Positions 60,085 to 64,000 of a DNA stretch of 64,000 bases are shown in pieces; positions within the stretch are counted from its first letter, which is position 1; every line of letters starts with the position of its first letter. The notes below the pieces were generated by a model. The model had not been told where the DNA came from. It saw only the letters and a list, made by a program, of their open reading frames with translations, and did not search any database. This stretch comes from Terriglobia bacterium (GTDB lineage Bacteria > Acidobacteriota > Terriglobia > JAJPHL01 > JAPKYU01): assembly GCA_965206645.1 (NCBI GenBank), contig CBDBKE010000004.1, forward strand, positions 1,696,001 to 1,760,000. The letters are read 5' to 3'. The translations under genes and the position numbers were made by a program.

Positions 60085-61587
60085 CTAGTCTGTATCCGCA
60101 AGCACTGCTTTGCTATGGGTGGGCACCTCGGCCGCGGCGGGCTCCTCCTTGGAAACGGCGGCAGGCAGCACCGGCAGCTCCACCGACAGGCGCGTGCCTC
60201 TGCCAGGACTGCTCTCCAGGCGAAAGGTTCCTCCCAATCCGGAGGCCCGCTCACGAATTCCCACCAGGCCCAAGCCGCGCCGCGGATTGGCCGTCTCCAA
60301 CCGCCGCGGATCAAAACCCCTTCCGTTGTCTTCGACCGTGATCAGCAGCGTGTAGGGCAGTCGTTGCAGGTAGAGGCGGCAAAGCGAGGCCTGCGCATGT
60401 CGGGCCACGTTGGTCAGCGCTTCCTGTACGATGCGATACCCGCACACCTCGACTTCCGGCGCCAGCCTTTCCTCCATCCTCTGGTGGATGAGCTCCCCCC
60501 GGATGCCAGTCCGCTTGGAGAAGCCGCGCAGATACCAATTTAGAGTGTCGGGCAAGCCCAGGTCGTCCAGCATGTTGGGATGCAACAGCTGGGAGAGATC
60601 CCGCACCGACTGCAACGCCCGGTCGGCAATCGCCCGCGCTTCCGACAGCGGCATCCGGGTCTTGCCGGAAACGTCCAAATGGCGCTCGGCCAATGCCAAT
60701 TCCATCTTGATGGCGGTCAGCGCCTGGCCGATTTCATCGTGTAACTCGCGGGCGATGTTCCGCCGCTCCTCCTCCTGGGCGCGCACCAGTTGGGCGGAAA
60801 GCCGTTGCAACTCCCGTTTGTTTTCGATGTCCTGCAGATGCTGCTGAAGAATCCGGCCCTCCAGTCTCCCGGCGTAGCGAGTCACCAGGAAGGCAATGCC
60901 CAGGCCCAGCAGCAGTGCCAGGCCGCTCGTCCACCACATCTTGTGCTGGATCTCGCGGTAGACGAGGGCCAGTTCCTGCTGTTGTCGCTGCAAGGCATCA
61001 CGATTTAAAGCCCGAATGCGCGCGGAAATGCTGATGATGATGTCGCGCTTGGGAATCACCTCGCGACGCAGGAAGGTGCGCGCTTCGAAGAATTTGCGCG
61101 TCGGGTCCCAGGAGAGTACAGGCAAGACCACATTCCAATAGTCCTCGATCTCGCTCTGCAGTACGGCCCAGTTTTCTCGCTCGAACGGCAATTCCATCAC
61201 CGGCACATATTCTTGAAGCGCCTGATCGATCTCTGTGCGGGTTGCCTGCAACCGTTCCCGATAGTAATTCGCTTCCTCAAAACCAATATCCAGCAGAGCG
61301 TCGCGCACATAGACGGCTCCCAGCAGCACCTGGGCCCGCACCGTGAACAGCAACTCCTCGCTCTTGGTAAAGCGCGCGTTGATCGCGGATGCCCGGCTTT
61401 CGACTTCCGCGAGGCGCCGCACCAAGTCGAAACCGGAGATCAGCCAAAGGCCGAAGATCAACCCGAAGCCCAGGAACAGCGCTGCCCGGATGGTCAGTGG
61501 CTCAAGAGTGTGCCTGAGAAAGGCGCGACGGTCGCGCAGCCACCTGCCGGTCCTGTCTGCCAGACCCTCACCGGGAAGCCGTCGCAT
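60085..61587 (-). CDS. Membrane sensor histidine kinase (HisKA_3) with a periplasmic four-helix sensor
   Basis: Two TM helices, EEERRNIARELHDEIGQALT, QEALTNVARHA, VEDNGRGF, GLGLVGIRER. Confidence 0.93.
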   Translation of the reverse strand: MRRLPGEGLADRTGRWLRDRRAFLRHTLEPLTIRAALFLGFGLIFGLWLISGFDLVRRLAEVESRASAINARFTKSEELLFTVRAQVLLGAVYVRDALLDIGFEEANYYRERLQATRTEIDQALQEYVPVMELPFERENWAVLQSEIEDYWNVVLPVLSWDPTRKFFEARTFLRREVIPKRDIIISISARIRALNRDALQRQQQELALVYREIQHKMWWTSGLALLLGLGIAFLVTRYAGRLEGRILQQHLQDIENKRELQRLSAQLVRAQEEERRNIARELHDEIGQALTAIKMELALAERHLDVSGKTRMPLSEARAIADRALQSVRDLSQLLHPNMLDDLGLPDTLNWYLRGFSKRTGIRGELIHQRMEERLAPEVEVCGYRIVQEALTNVARHAQASLCRLYLQRLPYTLLITVEDNGRGFDPRRLETANPRRGLGLVGIRERASGLGGTFRLESSPGRGTRLSVELPVLPAAVSKEEPAAAEVPTHSKAVLADTD

Positions 61588-61703
61588 GTCGCTATCTTAA
61601 CGCCGACGCTGGCTCTGGTCAAAAGGTCTCCTGCACCGGGCTCGGGGAGGAGCTGGCCGCGAAGGCTACCGACACGTTTACATACATATACATACTTTTG
61701 GGC

Positions 61704-61731
61704 GGTCAAATACTGTCCGGACCCGATACCC
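61704..61731 (+). promoter_or_regulatory. Conserved upstream motif GG-N2-AAATAC-N7-ACCCGATACCC (gpgS operon)
   Basis: Same motif and spacing on the minus strand at 57042-57069. Confidence 0.6.
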
Positions 61732-61792
61732 CCCAATCTTCAGCTTTCTTAGACTGGTGGGAGTAAGCAGCTGGAGCAACAAGGAGCCTGCC

Positions 61793-63031
61793 ATGGCTGA
61801 TTTCTATCAGACCGGCGTCGTCGCCACACTGCACCGACTAGGTCCAGGAAACCTGGAAAGAATGGAAAGCGAGCTGGAGCGTTTCGGCCGGCGTCACCGG
61901 ATTTCGTTGGTCCTGCCCTGCCTGTTCTCGGAGTTCTCCGGCCCGGCCATGGGGAAGATTCTTGAAGAACTCCGGACGGTCCGTTACCTGGACCAGATCG
62001 TGGTCACACTGGGCAGAACCGCCGCTGAAGAGCTAGCGCAGGCCAAGCAGTTCTTCGCCGGCTTTTCCCAAACGGTGAAGTTCGTTTGGAACGACGGCCC
62101 GCGCGTCCAGGCCCTCTACCAGTTGTTGCGGGACAATGGACTCCCGGTGGGGGAGGACGGCAAGGGCCGCTCCTGCTGGATGGCCTATGGGTACGTGCTG
62201 AGCGATCGTCCCAGCGAGGTCATTGCTCTGCACGACTGTGACATCACCACCTACAGCCGGGAATTGCTGGCCCGACTGTGCTATCCGGTGGTCAACCCCA
62301 ACCTGGACTTTGAGTTTTCCAAGGGCTTCTACGCGCGCGTCAGCACCAAAATGCACGGCCGGGTCACCCGGTTGTATGTGACACCCCTGGTCCGCTCCCT
62401 GCAGGCGATCTTCGGACGTCTCCCCTTCCTGGCATACCTGGACAGCTTTCGCTATCCGTTGGCCGGCGAATTTGCCATGAAGACCGATCTGGCGCGCGTC
62501 AACCGCATCCCCGGCGATTGGGGACTGGAAGTTGGAGTCCTGGCCGAAGTCTATCGGAACTGTGCGCTCAAACGCGTCTGCCAGACCGAATTGTGCGAAA
62601 ACTATGACCACAAGCACCAAAGCCTCTCAGCCGAAGACCCCCAACAGGGTCTGCTGAGGATGTCCATTGACATCGGAAAGATTCTGCTCCGCACCCTGGC
62701 TGGGGAAGGCGTGCTCTTCAGTGAAGGAGGCTTCCGCACTCTCCAGGTCCATTACATCCGCACCGCCCAAGACACCATAACCCGCTACTATGCCGACGCG
62801 GCAATCAATAGCTTATCGTTCGACCGGCACGAGGAAGAGAACGCCGTGGCCACCTTTTCCCGGGGCTTGAGGATCGCTGGCCAGCAATACCTGGAAGACC
62901 CCACCGGCGCGCCCCTCATCCCCAACTGGAATCGCATTACGTCGGCGATCCCGGACTTTCTGGACATGCTGCACGAGGCGGTGGAGCAGGACAGTGCAAT
63001 TGCCACCTACGCGGGAGGCATCAGCCGATGA
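61793..63031 (+). CDS. gpgS: Glucosyl-3-phosphoglycerate synthase
   Basis: MADFYQTGVVATLH, LVLPCLFSE, GKGR, LHDCDI, KGFYAR, RYPLAGEF, DWGLEVG, YDHKHQ; adjacent to a cognate phosphatase. Confidence 0.85.
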   Translation: MADFYQTGVVATLHRLGPGNLERMESELERFGRRHRISLVLPCLFSEFSGPAMGKILEELRTVRYLDQIVVTLGRTAAEELAQAKQFFAGFSQTVKFVWNDGPRVQALYQLLRDNGLPVGEDGKGRSCWMAYGYVLSDRPSEVIALHDCDITTYSRELLARLCYPVVNPNLDFEFSKGFYARVSTKMHGRVTRLYVTPLVRSLQAIFGRLPFLAYLDSFRYPLAGEFAMKTDLARVNRIPGDWGLEVGVLAEVYRNCALKRVCQTELCENYDHKHQSLSAEDPQQGLLRMSIDIGKILLRTLAGEGVLFSEGGFRTLQVHYIRTAQDTITRYYADAAINSLSFDRHEEENAVATFSRGLRIAGQQYLEDPTGAPLIPNWNRITSAIPDFLDMLHEAVEQDSAIATYAGGISR

Positions 63032-63897
63032 ACTCGCCGATGAACCCACCGATGAACAATGCGAAGCGCCTGGTGGTCTTCACCGACCTGGACGGCACCT
63101 TGCTGGACCACGAGTCGTACTCCTTTACCCCCGCCGCCGAAGCGCTGGCCTTACTGGCTACGGAAGGGATTCCCCTGGTGTTATGTTCCAGCAAGACCCG
63201 CGCTGAGATTGAAATGCTGCAACAAGACCTGGAGGTCGCCCATCCCTTTCTCAGCGAGAACGGTGGGGCGCTCTTTTTGCCTAGGAGGTACTTTCCTTTC
63301 CCAATTAGCGACGGGCGTTCCATCGCTGGGTATGACGCGCTGGAATTCGGCCTGCCCTACTACCGACTGGTGGAAACCCTGCACCGGGTTGCCAACGAAT
63401 TGGACATCCCGGTAGTGGGCTTCAGCGATATGACGATTGAAGAAGTAGCCAAGGAATGCAAGCTTTCCCTGATGGTAGCTCGGCTGGCCAAGCTGCGCGA
63501 ATATGACGAGCCGTTCCGCATCCTGGACTCCGGCCTGCCAGCCCGCAGCCGGCTGTTCAAGGCCCTGCACCGCGCCGGCCTGCGCTGTACCCGGGGAGGG
63601 CGCTATAACCACCTGACAGGCGTCACCGACAAGGGCCTCGGCGTTCGGACCTTGAAGTCGCTCTACGAACGGGCCTGGGGCAAGGTTGTCGCCGTGGGGC
63701 TGGGCGACAGCCTCAATGACTTCTCCCTTCTTCAGGAGGCTGAGATTCCCGTTGTGGTACAGAACCCCGCTAGCGACGCTGCTGCCCGGTTGCTTCGCAA
63801 GGTCCCCACAGCGCGCCTCACCAGCGCGCCCGGTCCTCAGGGTTGGAACGACGCCATCCTGGAAGTGGTCAAGCGGCACCTCGTGCTGGCCAGATGA
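63028..63897 (+). CDS. Mannosyl/glucosyl-3-phosphoglycerate phosphatase (MpgP/YedP, HAD-IIB)
   Basis: FTDLDGTLLD, CSSKTRAE, ENGG, REYDEPF, GGRYNHL, DKG, GDSLND; ATGA overlap with gpgS. Confidence 0.9.
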   Translation: MNSPMNPPMNNAKRLVVFTDLDGTLLDHESYSFTPAAEALALLATEGIPLVLCSSKTRAEIEMLQQDLEVAHPFLSENGGALFLPRRYFPFPISDGRSIAGYDALEFGLPYYRLVETLHRVANELDIPVVGFSDMTIEEVAKECKLSLMVARLAKLREYDEPFRILDSGLPARSRLFKALHRAGLRCTRGGRYNHLTGVTDKGLGVRTLKSLYERAWGKVVAVGLGDSLNDFSLLQEAEIPVVVQNPASDAAARLLRKVPTARLTSAPGPQGWNDAILEVVKRHLVLAR

Positions 63898-64000
63898 ACC
63901 CCCCGCGGCACAGCCGCCAGACTGCCCATCATCAGAAGAGGTCGCTTAGTCGGCTCCCAGGGAAGCCCCAGTAAAGCATGGACGCGGCCAGTTGGGTCTT

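Overview
GC-rich bacterial chromosome segment, most consistent with an Acidobacteriota genome (inferred from gene content and REP-like repeats). It is mostly housekeeping: thiC, relA/spoT, tgt-yajC-secD-secF-tonB-exbB-exbD-exbD-TPR, ilvE, a UbiD/MqnL decarboxylase, aroK, ispH, glpK, nuoI, a heterodimeric ABC exporter, nfo, leuS, ldh and glnA. It ends in a compatible-solute region (TreT, DUF5752, OtsA, a broken trehalose phosphatase, a Kef-type antiporter, a two-component system, GpgS and MpgP/GpgP). The best finding is a radical SAM gene whose apparent stop (TGA 35260-35262) is very likely selenocysteine. Read-through gives a WYC-U-AEPTEEQFALV tail, a SECIS-like hairpin follows the TGA, and the gene is coupled to an ATP-grasp ligase, suggesting an uncharacterised two-enzyme, possibly metalloid-modifying pathway. 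Other points are a promoter motif shared by the otsA and gpgS operons, a 240-bp 13-mer tandem array inside the tonB-exbB operon, a NodE/NodF-like ACP-ketosynthase pair near a divergent carbamoyltransferase, and five interrupted genes (some may be sequencing errors). I found no rRNA, tRNA, CRISPR array, transposase or prophage. All family calls come from motif recognition by eye, without database searches.
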